From a virus, in IMG/VR virus record IMGVR_UViG_3300021076_000041: a DNA stretch of 36,488 nucleotides; one strand, given 5' to 3'. Shown here piece after piece: positions 9,519 through 20,123 of the stretch; position 1 is the first letter of the stretch; the number at the start of each line of letters is the position of its first letter. The notes beneath the pieces are model-generated. The model made no database searches, was not told where the DNA came from, and saw only the letters and a program-made list of their open reading frames with translations. Both the position numbers and the translations under genes were made by a program.

Positions 9519-9761
9519 ATGAATTTGTCACCGGCAAATGTTGCAAGGCTAAGAGCATTAATGAGAGATGGAGCAACTGTCTTGCAAGAAGTTTCGGATT
9601 TAAGAGAAGGTCTGAAAGAAACTGTCAAAGCAGTGGCCGAAGAACTCGATGTCAAGCCAGCACAGATCAATAAGTTGATAAAGATCTGTTATGAAGGATC
9701 AATGGATGAAAAGAGAGAAGCGTTCGAAGAATTAGAAGAACTTTACAAGTCAAGTATCTAA
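9519..9761 (+). CDS. dsbA: DsbA-like dsDNA-binding / late transcription accessory protein
   Basis: SD AAGGAG; MNLSPANVARLRALMRDGATVLQEVSDLREGLKETVKAVAEELDVKPAQINKLIKICYEGSMDEKREAFEELEELYKSSI resembles the T4 DsbA C-terminal half. Confidence 0.6.
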   Translation: MNLSPANVARLRALMRDGATVLQEVSDLREGLKETVKAVAEELDVKPAQINKLIKICYEGSMDEKREAFEELEELYKSSI

Positions 9762-9782
9762 GGAGAAATATCATTTACATAG

Positions 9783-12726
9783 ATGCATACTATAATAAAA
9801 AAGGTCGGCGAAGCCGAAACGGTAAAGGTAGTTGAAAGAATCAATGGTCAAAGAATTTACAGAGAATTTCAGCCGGATCTTCATTTCTTCGTTAGTGACG
9901 CACGAGGTCAGCATAAGTCTATCTATGGTGACGCATTAAAGAAGATTATTCCAAAATCTATTGAAGAACGATTTAAGACAATTAAATCACTAAGTCATAA
10001 TGTCAAGGTGTGGGAGACAAATGTAAATCCAGTTTACCGTTGTCTCGAACAGAATTATCAAAATTCCGAACTACCTACACCACACGTAGCATTCTTCGAC
10101 ATAGAAACAAGCTTCGATAAAGAGTTGGGGTGGAGCGGCGCCAGTGAAGCAAACAATTTCATTACTGCCATATCAGTTCATTGTCAATGGAAGGATGAGA
10201 TTATCTGTATATCGGTTCCACCCGAAACTATCACAGCCGAAGAAGCGCAAAGTATTGCTGATGAGGTTGGTAATACTATCATTTGTAAGACTGAATTAGA
10301 AATGCTTCAGCTGTTCATAGAGATCATCGAGGATGCTGATATATTAAGTGGGTGGAATTCAGGATGTTATGATATTCCATATCTTATCAACAGAATGAAG
10401 AAAGTCTTAGGTCGCCACGAAGTAAGAAAATTATGTTTGTGGAATCTCGAACCACACGCTCGAATGATTGATCGTGGCGGTAAAGAAGTTCCTACCTATG
10501 ACTTGATAGGTCGAGTTCATATGGACTATATGGAATTATATAAGAAATATAACTATGAGGAACGACATAGTTATGCATTGAACGCCATTGCTGAACTTGA
10601 AGTCGGCGATACGAAGATTCCATACGAAGGCACACTTGATGAGTTATTCAACTGTGACTATAAGAAATTCCTTCAATACAACATTCAAGATACATTGCTG
10701 CTTGATAAGATAGATAAGAAACTACAGTTCATTGATTTGGCAAGTTCCATTGCTCACTCCAATTGTGTCACATTGATGGCTACTGCTGGTGCAGTTGCTG
10801 TGACTGATCAGGCAATTATGATCGAAGCACACAACAGGAATATGATTGTGATGGATAGGTCACAGTTCAGTAATGGAGAAACTCGTGCTGCAGGTGGATG
10901 GGTTGCGACACCGAAGATAGGCTTCCATAGATGGATCGGAACAACAGATATGAAATCACTGTATCCATCTGTGATTCGCGCTTTCAATATGAGCCCCGAG
11001 ACCATTGTAGGCCAAATCAGATTAGACCGAACAAACAAGGCTTTACTGGAATGGGAATCTAAAGGCGGAACTAACGATTTTGCTCATTGGTGGAATGACC
11101 GATTTAATGTTCTTGAAATGGAATATTTTTACGATAATGACATAAGTGAAAAACTTATCTTAGATATGACAAATGGTGATGTATTTGAAGTTACTGGTGC
11201 CGAATTAAGAGATATTATTTTTGAAAGTGAACAAGGTTGGTGTATTAGTGCTAACGGAACTATCTTCAGAACTGACATTGAAGGTGTAATTCCGGGATTG
11301 TTATCAAGATGGTATAGTGAAAGAAAACAACTTCAGAAGATAATGGTAAATTATCAAGGTCTCGAAGATAATGAAAAGATAGAAGGTGTGTTAGTGCCTG
11401 AAGAATTATTCACTAACAAAGATATTTCTGATATCGAAGTCAAGGCTAATCCTTACAATGAGCACGAATCTTACAATCCATCTAAATTATCAAAACTTAT
11501 CTCAACAGGCATTAAGGAAGATATAGTTCAATATATGAATCAACACCATCTTCATATCAAAGATGGTAAGGCAATTCATAGAGATCAGAAAGAATTGAAG
11601 AAATATATTGGGTTTTGGGACAAAAAACAAGCCGTTAAAAAAATCTCGCTAAACAGTCTGTACCGGTGCTCTATTAAATTCAGGCTCCAGATATTTCGAT
11701 CAACGACTTGGTCAATCAGTCACCTTATCAGGCAGAACAATTACGAAACATATGGCAGCTCAAACGAATAAGTTCGTAACTGGCGAATATGACCATTATG
11801 GTGAATCAATGGTCTACGGCGACACAGATTCCTCTATCTTCTCCGTTTGGCCAATGGTAAAAGACGATGTCGAACAAGGGAATATTGCTTGGACAAAAGA
11901 AGACGTGATTGATTTGTATAACAATGTAGCCAAAGAAGTGTCGGCAACATTTCCAGATTTCTTAAATAAGAAACTAAATGTTCCAGAATCCAGGAGCACA
12001 GGTGTAATTGCCAGTTCCAGAGAAGTAGTGGCACAGGCCGGAATCTTTATCAAGAAGAAGAGATATGCTATGCTGATGTATGATAAAGATGGTATCCGAA
12101 AAGATGTAAATGGAAAGGCTGGTGCCGTCAAAGCAATGGGATTAGATTTGAAACGAGCAGACACACCAAAGTTCGTTCAAGAATTTCTATCCGAAATTCT
12201 GCTCGACACTTTAACTGACAAAGGTGAAGATTGTGTCATAAAGAAAATCAAAGAATTCAAAACTAAATTTGAAGATATGAAACCGTGGCAGCAAGGGTCA
12301 CCAAAGGCAGTGAACAAGTTGACATTCTATAAGAAGAAAGAAGAAGACTTCTATGCCAATAAATTTAATGGGATCAAATCCGGGTCCGCCACAATGCCAG
12401 GACACGTTCGAGCAAGCTTGAATTGGAACAAGATGTGTGAAACAAACCACGATCAACACTCAATGAGAATTATCGATGGTCAAAAAGTGATAGTCTGTAA
12501 ATTAAAGACAACAGTTGACAGTCTCTTAACCAGCATTGCCTATCCAGTGGACGAGAACCATTTACCGGATTGGTTTTTGGAATTACCATTTGATAGTGAT
12601 ATTATGATGGCTGCGGGTGTAGATCAGAAAGTGAAAAATTTGATTGGGTGTCTAAATTGGGATTTAGAAAGAACTAATAAGGAAAGAGACTATTTAGAAA
12701 CTTTGTTTGATTTCACGAAACGATAG
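9783..12726 (+). CDS. 43: Family B DNA polymerase (T4 gp43-like), extra-C frame break at 11664
   Basis: AFFDIETSF (Exo I), DMKSLYPSVIRAFN (motif A), KKISLNSLYGALLNSG (motif B after skipping C), MVYGDTDSSIF (motif C). Confidence 0.95.
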
Positions 12727-12740
12727 TGGAATTTGGTAAA

Positions 12741-12769
12741 TTGACATACGTGTAAAAAACTGTTATACT
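12741..12769 (+). promoter_or_regulatory. Sigma70-type promoter for the clamp gene
   Basis: TTGACA-N17-TATACT. Confidence 0.7.
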
Positions 12770-12801
12770 GTATGCTATAAACAATAAAAAGGAGCATCAC
12801 A

Positions 12802-13533
12802 ATGATTTTAGATAATTTCAAAGATATTCTCAAACATACACATAATCTCGGTTTTGATATGGTCAAGGTTCTTGGTTCAACCACCGAAACGAAGATTGAA
12901 TCTATGATTGATACTGATATTATTATGTATGGTTCATTGCATAATAATATCACTGGACTATCAGAAACAGTTGGACTTACCAGGCTGAACCTGTTGAAAG
13001 GTTATATTGACAACCCAGGTTATGCTGGTGCAGTAATCAAAATTCTAACACAGACGAATAAAGACAATGTCGAAAGTCCGTCAGGGTTGAAATTTGAAGG
13101 TATGACTGGAACTAATTCAGAATATCGATTTATGTCACAGAAGATGATTGATGAAAATCTTAGAGTTCCTCCTTTCAGAGGCGCTAATTGGAATGTAGTT
13201 ATTACACCAAACTTTACTAAGTTGGCTGAACTATACCATCTATCAAGCACCCACGGATCATATGAAAAATCATTCACTGTGTCAGTAAGTAAGAATACAT
13301 TGTATTTTAACATCGGTGGTGGTGTTGCTGACAATAGCAAGATTGTGGTTGCCGAGAATGTAAATGGAATGTTGGCTAGTCGTCAGTATCCACTTAGCCA
13401 TATACTTGGAGTTTTAAAGATTGGTCAAAGTTCGAAGAGCTGCGTAATGTCATTCTCCGATCAAGGTGCTGTTAAGATTGACATTGACAGCGGACTTGGA
13501 AAATATCAATATGTGATTCCTGAAACTCATTGA
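12802..13533 (+). CDS. 45: DNA polymerase sliding clamp (gp45-like)
   Basis: SD AAGGAG; position after DNA polymerase; size 243 aa; C-terminal GKYQYVIPE strand and overall clamp-like pattern. Confidence 0.6.
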   Translation: MILDNFKDILKHTHNLGFDMVKVLGSTTETKIESMIDTDIIMYGSLHNNITGLSETVGLTRLNLLKGYIDNPGYAGAVIKILTQTNKDNVESPSGLKFEGMTGTNSEYRFMSQKMIDENLRVPPFRGANWNVVITPNFTKLAELYHLSSTHGSYEKSFTVSVSKNTLYFNIGGGVADNSKIVVAENVNGMLASRQYPLSHILGVLKIGQSSKSCVMSFSDQGAVKIDIDSGLGKYQYVIPETH

Positions 13534-13545
13534 GATTATACGACA

Positions 13546-13953
13546 ATGGAACGCGACGAACTTGAGACATTTATTCGGTTGAAATATGATATGTCGACTA
13601 GGGATTATTGGGAATATTTCACAATGTTGCCGGCAGGAACTGATTCAAAGTGGGCTTGGAGATGTGCGTATAGTATCGAACATCTTAATGATAAGACACC
13701 CGGAACTCTAAATTTGATTGAGATGTCAAAGAAATTTAAGGGTAAGCATGACTACGCCGCCTCCGCTGAAGCCGGCGAATTACTAGACGATGCTTGGTTT
13801 GAATCTAATTGTCCAGTGGCATTATCTTTCTACTATGCTGCAACTGGTAGGTATAGCTCGGCACTGTCATATGCAGCCGACTTTGGAAAACAATCAATAA
13901 TGGATTTACTAATAGAAGAATTAATCGAATATGAGAGAAACAATGGCGAGTGA
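13546..13953 (+). CDS. Hypothetical protein
   Basis: ORF of 135 aa, tightly packed between clamp and transglycosylase genes. Confidence 0.55.
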   Translation: MERDELETFIRLKYDMSTRDYWEYFTMLPAGTDSKWAWRCAYSIEHLNDKTPGTLNLIEMSKKFKGKHDYAASAEAGELLDDAWFESNCPVALSFYYAATGRYSSALSYAADFGKQSIMDLLIEELIEYERNNGE

Positions 13954-15503
13954 TAAAGTGTATGGTGTGAATCTTTCAGAACGAACTGATCAACGGCGAC
14001 TACGCTCTGTATTTGCCTGCAATTAGCGGATTTTGTACTAATCAATTAAGTAAGATGAATAATGATCCAAATTTCGTGCCATCAAGCAGAATGCCAAAAG
14101 GATTCGAAAATGGTCACCAAGGACTAAATTTTTTAGATAGAGACAAAGGATATTACTATTATAAGTATGGTTTGTATTCAGCGGGACACGCCTATCTTAA
14201 TCTTGCCAAATCAGACACTGAAGAACAGATGATTCAGCAACGAGATAGAAGTGATACTTTGATTATCGGGGATTCCGGGGGATTTCAAATCGCTACCGGT
14301 GTGTTGAAAATTGACTGGACAACATTCAAAACCCCTGCCGGTGATAAAATGCGAGAGGATATTCTTCGTTGGTTAGAACATACTGCAGATTGGAGTATGA
14401 CGCTCGATGTTCCTGCTTTTGCGGCCGAAGGTAATCTTTCTGCCAAAACAGGATTGAAGAAATTTGAAGATACTTTAGATGTTTCACTTTACAATCTGGA
14501 TTATTTTGTTAAGAATAGGAAACCCGGAGCAACAAAGTTCCTTAATGTTCTATCAGGGTCTACTCTTGAGAATGGAATTACTTGGTATGATGCAGTGAAG
14601 CAATACAGTGATCCAAAATGGATGGTTGAGAATGGATTCGGCGAAGATCGAACATTAGAAGGGTGGGCATTTGCTGGTGTAAATAGAACAAGTATGGAAG
14701 CAGCCTTAACTCAAATTCTATTATTGAGACAAGATAATCTATTGAAAGATAAAGATTGGATTCACTTTTTGGGAATTGGAAGATTAGATTGGGGTTGTTA
14801 TCTTACAAGTATAATGAGACAACTGAATAAGCACGATAACCCAAGACTGAAGATTAGTTATGATGCAGCAAGTCCATTCGTTGCTACAGCATATGGATTG
14901 GCTTACAATTATAACTACTTCGATTCAAAGAGATTGACATATTCGATGGGTAAGGCAATTGATGAGAAATATTTCAAGGGTAGTCAATTAGCAATGCCAT
15001 TTCAAAGTCCTATTATGGATAGATTGAAAGTTGGTGATGTATGTGTCCTTGGTGACACAGACCCAAATAAGAATGGTAAGATCGGAAGAACAAGTTGGGA
15101 TACATATACCTATCTACTGTATATGATGCATAATACATACAATCATATTCAGGCTACCCAAGAAATAAATAGGTTGGCAGATATTGAGCATTTACGAAAG
15201 AATGTGAGTTATAAAGACTGGACTAAGACAAAGAAATCTGAGACAATTTGCTTCAGTGACTTTGTTCCAAATAAGATTCTATTCTTTGAAAGTTTCGTGA
15301 AAGATTTACTTGATCCAGCAAACACAGATCCGTTTGGAATGATAGATCATTATCGACCATTCTTGGAAACATTAGACATTGGTAAGATATCAAATCATTC
15401 TTACAAAGGATTGTTTGATTTTACTGAACAACTTCCAGATGAAGATAAACTGGCCGATATAAACGATGAGAAATTAGTAAAACTCGAAAGTGAATTCAAA
15501 TGA
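13943..15503 (+). CDS. dpdA: tRNA-guanine-transglycosylase-like protein (DpdA-like DNA deazaguanine transferase candidate), extra-C frame break at 13994
   Basis: Repaired N-term MASDKVYGVNLSERTDQGDYALYLPAISGFCTNQLSKMNN...; GDSGGFQIATG, SMTLDVPAFA, EGWAFAG, HFLGIGR TGT-fold motifs. Confidence 0.75.
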
Positions 15504-15934
15504 CAGCGAAATATCCAATCTTTAGTAAAGAACCGCCAAGTGATATGTTTCTTGAATCTTTAAACGGGCATCGTAGCGGCTCGCCACATATAGAATGCTA
15601 CTGCGGAAGAAATCACTATTGTCCAGATTCTCAAAGTTACAACGGCGAGGATGAATTTGAACTCGAAGCAAGGGAAGAGAAGAAACTGAATCCTGCTGGT
15701 GTTGTTCTTCACGAAGAATATGATGCAGTGATGGCAATAGATATGGGCGGTCCAGTCTATGTGATTGACTGTGAATGCAATAGCCTTCGTCGATATGAAG
15801 ACATATTTTGGAATTCGAAATCAATTATCCAATCATACTTCCCAAAGAGGGAAGCGTATGAGAAGGAAATGGCAGAACAACAACTGATTGTTGACAAACT
15901 CAAAGGCATTCGCCACGGCACTGAAGCATTTTAA
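15500..15934 (+). CDS. Cys-rich hypothetical protein
   Basis: IECYCGRNHYC...VIDCECNSL possible metal-binding cysteines; overlaps the TGT-like stop (ATGA). Confidence 0.6.
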   Translation: MTAKYPIFSKEPPSDMFLESLNGHRSGSPHIECYCGRNHYCPDSQSYNGEDEFELEAREEKKLNPAGVVLHEEYDAVMAIDMGGPVYVIDCECNSLRRYEDIFWNSKSIIQSYFPKREAYEKEMAEQQLIVDKLKGIRHGTEAF

Positions 15935-15955
15935 TTTTAACTTTGAAAGAAAATC

Positions 15956-16282
15956 ATGGAAAAGAAATTATTCGTAGTTGATACAATTAGCACCTTTCGT
16001 CTACGTTATGTCATTGAAGCAGAAAACGTAGAAGACGCATATGATGAAGTGGCAATGATAGATTCCGATAACGCTGACAACTCGTTCGACGAACTCACTC
16101 AAAAGTTTCTTGGTGAAATGATTATTGATGGTAGAGAAATTACCAAGGCGCAATTTGATACTATGTTATTAGACCTGGAGAATGATAAAACTGAGACAAG
16201 TTCTCATTGGATGGGCGAATCAATGATTCGAAGAGTTGCGTATCCTGTTGAAGTAGAACAAGGACAGAATGATGAAGAATAG
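15956..16282 (+). CDS. Hypothetical protein
   Basis: 108-aa ORF, ATGGAAAAGAAATTATTC, in-line with neighbours. Confidence 0.55.
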   Translation: MEKKLFVVDTISTFRLRYVIEAENVEDAYDEVAMIDSDNADNSFDELTQKFLGEMIIDGREITKAQFDTMLLDLENDKTETSSHWMGESMIRRVAYPVEVEQGQNDEE

Positions 16283-16571
16283 CAAAATATTGAAGAAAGC
16301 GAAAAAATTAATTAAGTCCGGTGAAGAAAACTATATCTGTGATGCCATTCGCCGCGTTCCAGTCATTTCCACTTGCATTTACCAACGCATAGAGCTACGA
16401 ATGTGGGTTAGCAACTTACTCGGCCGCTGTGGAACCTATGAAGACTGGATTAGGGTTAACCATAGCAAATTATACCGTAAATGGAAACGAGAAGATTACA
16501 AACAAGGAAGACTCGCGTGGCTTGATTGGATGATAGAATACTGGGAAGCAAAGGAGAAGAAAAGTAAATGA
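16269..16571 (+). CDS. Hypothetical protein
   Basis: 100-aa ORF overlapping neighbours by 4-14 nt. Confidence 0.5.
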   Translation: MMKNSKILKKAKKLIKSGEENYICDAIRRVPVISTCIYQRIELRMWVSNLLGRCGTYEDWIRVNHSKLYRKWKREDYKQGRLAWLDWMIEYWEAKEKKSK

Positions 16572-17740
16572 GGAAATTATACTACTGTGGAATTGAAAAA
16601 CTTCAGGCAAGATACTCACTACAATTAGAAGACTGGAATACACGAGTCTTCAATCGCAGAAATATCAATTATGAAATTGTCTATGGCGAAGATTTGACCG
16701 GCGACCAAATTGTGACTGGCTCAGTGCTTGATGTGCATGGCCGAAGCTATTACAGCCTTACACAAATGGCAGCATTGGTAAAGTTGATGAAAGCGGGAAG
16801 TATTACTTCCGAGGATGTAATATTCTTCGAAGATTCCTATGTAATGGGGATGTCCTCATTGCCATATATATTTGACCAAATTGATCCAAAATACCGACCA
16901 CGAGTATTTGTAAGATGGCTCGCTAATTCCACCGACCCCGACGATTTCCTATTGAGGAATGGGTCATTGGCGTGGGCTCGACCATTTGAGCAAATGATTG
17001 ATAATTTTGTAGATGGTATTTTTGTAGCATCGGAAGAAATGGTTGCTCACTTGAGGATCTCAGGATTCAAATCACCAATCTATGTCACCGGTCTTCCATT
17101 CTGTAAAGATGAAGTATTAGAAAGAGTGCCAGTTGTAAAGCCTATCAAAGAAAGAAGACGTCGAGTAGTCTTTGGTTCAAGATTTGACGATGAAAAGAAT
17201 CCGAACTTCTATATGGACTTGGCAGAGCATTATTTTAAGATTGACCCATCGACTGAATTTGCTGTTCTGTGCGGACATCCTACATTGAAGAGTAATAATC
17301 CAGAATTAGTAAAAAGAGCAGATAGATTACAGAGGAGCATGGTTAACTTCAAAGTCTATACTGGATTGAAGAAGAATGATTATTACAATCTGGCGGCTGA
17401 TAGTTGGGTAAATTTTAACTGTGCGCTTCAAGATTGGCAAAGTAATCAACCCGGTGAATTAGGCGCTCTTGGAACATTGCTACTCTATCCGGCATATCGA
17501 TCCTTTCCTGAGACTTTTGGAAATAGAGACGAGTTCCTATATATTCCGTGGAGTCTTGATGATGCTATGTCAAAATTACAGAAGATGTTTCTACATCCGG
17601 AAAATTATGATGTAAAGCCGATTGTAGAATGGATAGATGGCGCCATTGATAGAATGTTAGATATTCTTGAAGGCAACGGGGAACAATGGGGAAGAAATGA
17701 ACTCGACTATAGAAAATATGTCACGATTGCCAAATACTAA
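16568..17740 (+). CDS. GT-B-like glycosyltransferase
   Basis: Pattern DGIFVASEEMVAHL..GFKSPIYVTGLPF...RRRVVFGSRFDDEKNPNFYMDLAEHYF...PGELGALGTLLLYPAYRSFPETFGNRDEFLYIP. Confidence 0.65.
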   Translation: MRKLYYCGIEKLQARYSLQLEDWNTRVFNRRNINYEIVYGEDLTGDQIVTGSVLDVHGRSYYSLTQMAALVKLMKAGSITSEDVIFFEDSYVMGMSSLPYIFDQIDPKYRPRVFVRWLANSTDPDDFLLRNGSLAWARPFEQMIDNFVDGIFVASEEMVAHLRISGFKSPIYVTGLPFCKDEVLERVPVVKPIKERRRRVVFGSRFDDEKNPNFYMDLAEHYFKIDPSTEFAVLCGHPTLKSNNPELVKRADRLQRSMVNFKVYTGLKKNDYYNLAADSWVNFNCALQDWQSNQPGELGALGTLLLYPAYRSFPETFGNRDEFLYIPWSLDDAMSKLQKMFLHPENYDVKPIVEWIDGAIDRMLDILEGNGEQWGRNELDYRKYVTIAKY

Positions 17741-17920
17741 TTGGTTGAAAATCCAATATCCGTATTCTACGTATATGAGGAAGTGGACGAGCGACTAAAA
17801 GAAAGATGCAATGAGAAATTCGGAGACAATGGAAGATGGCAGTTTTGGGATTGTTTTTTCATCACTACTTTCTATTTCAAAGATGAAGACGATCTTATTG
17901 TATTCAAATTGATATTATGA
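17741..17920 (+). CDS. Small protein, divergent member of the KYGHIY-tail family (TTG start)
   Basis: MVENPISVFYVYEEVDERLKERCNEKFGDNGRWQFWDCFFITTFYFKDEDDLIVFKLIL*; 4-nt overlap with 17917 ORF. Confidence 0.45.
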   Translation: MVENPISVFYVYEEVDERLKERCNEKFGDNGRWQFWDCFFITTFYFKDEDDLIVFKLIL

Positions 17921-18153
17921 AATTCGTTCTGAATAGAGCAATTGGTTTTCCATATCGATTTACCATAAAAAAATCAGAATTTAAAGGAATTTCTAAAAAA
18001 TGTCGAAGGCTATATGGTAGCCCAAAGAAAGACAGATGGAGAATTAATCAATTTTTATATTCTCAGTATCCTTTCTATCGAATTTATATCAAGGATAAGG
18101 AAGATGCTATGATCTTCATCCTAGCAACAGGAATAGCACCAACACAACTATAA
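17917..18153 (+). CDS. Small protein, divergent KYGHIY-tail family member
   Basis: ...FYRIYIKDKEDAMIFILATGIAPTQL. Confidence 0.5.
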   Translation: MKFVLNRAIGFPYRFTIKKSEFKGISKKCRRLYGSPKKDRWRINQFLYSQYPFYRIYIKDKEDAMIFILATGIAPTQL

Positions 18154-18167
18154 CCAAGGAAACAACA

Positions 18168-18941
18168 ATGAGCAACTATCACGAACAACTAAAGACAGCA
18201 GTATATTTCATCGGTACTGAAATTGAAAGAACGCCGGCTTTTTCAAAGAAGACATTATTTGTAGTAGGATATCAACCACAGGATGAAATTCTTGCCACAG
18301 CTAAAGAGCATAAGATTACTCATATCTATCTTGGTGCTAATAGAAGTTTCACTTTGAATCACGATTGGAATCATCTGCTTACAAAGTTGCTTGATTCGAA
18401 GGGAATGACAGTCACTTTAGATTATCAGGCAAGTCATCATAAGCAATTGACTCAAGTATTGTCGAGAGGTGTATGGCAATGCCGATCATTTATACCATTA
18501 ATAACAGTTGACATCACAAGCATAAATACATTGAATCAAAACTTGACAGTTAAGATTGATGATCCTGAAAAGAAGAATGATGGTGTTTGGTGCTGGAATC
18601 AGCACGAAATAATGGATTCGAACAAATTTACCGGGTGGAATGAATACGAAGACGATGAATTTATTCAACCGACAAAGGTAGTAGCAGTTCCGCAACCAAG
18701 AGCACGAATTGCCGAAAGAGCAATAACTCAACTTAACAAATCTGAAACGGCACCATTGCCAGTAAATCCAAGCAAAGAAAATATCGCCGATTACTATTCC
18801 GGCGAATTGAAGACAACTTCGGGGTCGATTGGGTCTGATGAAGAAACTCAAAAGGAACCGGAATTGGTATCACAACGCACAGTTAGGAAAGAGAAAGAAG
18901 AATCCGCTAGACATAGAACTTTGAAGAAAGATACAGAATGA
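18168..18941 (+). CDS. Conserved phage hypothetical protein
   Basis: SD AAGGAAAC; 257 aa, MSNYHEQLKTAVYFIGTEIERTPAFSKKTLFVVGYQPQDEILATAKEHKITHIYLGANRSF... Confidence 0.6.
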   Translation: MSNYHEQLKTAVYFIGTEIERTPAFSKKTLFVVGYQPQDEILATAKEHKITHIYLGANRSFTLNHDWNHLLTKLLDSKGMTVTLDYQASHHKQLTQVLSRGVWQCRSFIPLITVDITSINTLNQNLTVKIDDPEKKNDGVWCWNQHEIMDSNKFTGWNEYEDDEFIQPTKVVAVPQPRARIAERAITQLNKSETAPLPVNPSKENIADYYSGELKTTSGSIGSDEETQKEPELVSQRTVRKEKEESARHRTLKKDTE

Positions 18942-19162
18942 GATTTAAAATCGAATCGTATGAGGAGCAACTCAAGAGAAGTTTTGAAATTAAATCCCAG
19001 TGGCATTCTTGGTTTGCTTGGAGGCCAATAGTTCTAAACATTGAATGTCCTACTTGTGAGATAGTTTGGCTAGAAAGAGTAGCAAGAAAATACGAGTATG
19101 ATACGTGGATATATTCTGATATAGATGACGCATTGGTAGAAATTCTAAAAGGTGAAAAATGA
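18938..19162 (+). CDS. Small protein, divergent KYGHIY-tail family member
   Basis: MRFKIESYEEQLKRSFEIKSQW...YDTWIYSDIDDALVEILKGEK; ATGA overlaps. Confidence 0.5.
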   Translation: MRFKIESYEEQLKRSFEIKSQWHSWFAWRPIVLNIECPTCEIVWLERVARKYEYDTWIYSDIDDALVEILKGEK

Positions 19163-19594
19163 AACGAACATTTGTATATACTACATTTCAAAAAGAAGGC
19201 TATCACTGCTTCCCCGAAGCAGCCACGGATCCAAAATTCAAGACACGGTGATTATTTAGATGTATCACATCTCGGAACTCGTCACTTTCATTACTTTCAT
19301 TTTAAGGTATGGGTTGAAGTATCGCACTTGAATCGTGACATTGAGTTTATTCAGTTGAGAAGGTGGATCGAACAACAGTATGAAACTGGCGCCTTAGAAT
19401 TGAATAATCAGAGTTGTGAGATGTTGGCCGATGGTCTCGTAGACATACTCAAGGATAAGTACCCGGATCAGAAAATCAAAGTTGACGTGTCTGAAGAAGG
19501 CATCAATGGTGCTATTGTAGAATATTCACCAGTAGATTTGTATGATGAAACACTGCGACAAGGTTTAGAAAGTCTAAGAACCATATCTAAATGA
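19159..19594 (+). CDS. queD: QueD-like 6-carboxy-tetrahydropterin synthase, extra-C frame break at 19246
   Basis: Repaired MKRTFVYTTFQKEGYHCFPEAATDPKFKTGDYLDVSHLGTRHFHYFHFKVWVEVSHLNRDIEFIQLRRWIEQQY...LNNQSCEMLADGLVDIL..YPDQKIKVDVSEEGINGAIVEY; HxxxFHF and E(x)n pattern of the T-fold. Confidence 0.6.
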
Positions 19595-19863
19595 CTACAG
19601 CCAAGAAATTAATGCCACCCGGAATAAAAGAAGTCATTAGAATTCAATGTAGTAAAGATGGGTGGATTAAAATTTTAGATGGTAATAAATGGATTTGCGA
19701 ATCCGGGATATCATCTGCAACCTTTTATAGATGTCATAAAGACAAGATAAATGATGACTGGGAAATTGTTGATATCAGTGGCTTGACCGAGACCTTCAGT
19801 TGCTTCTTTGGATTCTTTGATATAGATGACGCACTAATTTTTAAGATTAAATTTGGAGATTGA
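19591..19863 (+). CDS. Small protein, divergent KYGHIY-tail family member
   Basis: ...SGLTETFSCFFGFFDIDDALIFKIKFGD; ATGA overlap. Confidence 0.5.
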   Translation: MTTAKKLMPPGIKEVIRIQCSKDGWIKILDGNKWICESGISSATFYRCHKDKINDDWEIVDISGLTETFSCFFGFFDIDDALIFKIKFGD

Positions 19864-19864
19864 A

Positions 19865-20123
19865 ATGGCAATAAACAACACTACTGGCGCCTCCACCTCT
19901 ACCTCTACTCGGCGACCACACAACACACCACTATGGATTTCCCAATTTCGATAATGTTTCAAGACTCGAGTTTGCTATTGTGCTCGAAAGAATCGCCGAA
20001 ATCGAAAAGAGATTATGTATTCTCCAAGGTCCGGATCCAAAATCATTGGAAAGATTCCAGTCATTGAAGAGTGCATATGAGGATTATAAAATCATTGAAA
20101 AATTGGTAGGTGAAGATGAATAG
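19865..20123 (+). CDS. Conserved small phage protein, extra-C frame break at 19910
   Basis: Repaired MAINNTTGASTSTSTGDHTTHHYGFPNFDNVSRLEFAIVLERIAEIEKRLCILQGPDPKSLERFQSLKSAYEDYKIIEKLVGEDE*; ORF absent from the supplied track. Confidence 0.6.

Noticed and set aside
11650-11680. Intein, homing endonuclease or group I intron between the two polymerase halves
   Set aside because: Only one extra nucleotide separates the coding frames; there is no insert sequence.
10808-14045. Several minus-strand ORFs (10808-11038, 11814-12164, 12690-12953, 13020-13340, 13833-14045)
   Set aside because: They are antisense shadows of the polymerase, clamp and TGT-like genes, with low-complexity hydrophobic translations.
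19921-19940. A second frame break (extra T) in the 19865 gene
   Set aside because: On rechecking the sequence, one C removal at 19910 is enough to reach the stop at 20123.
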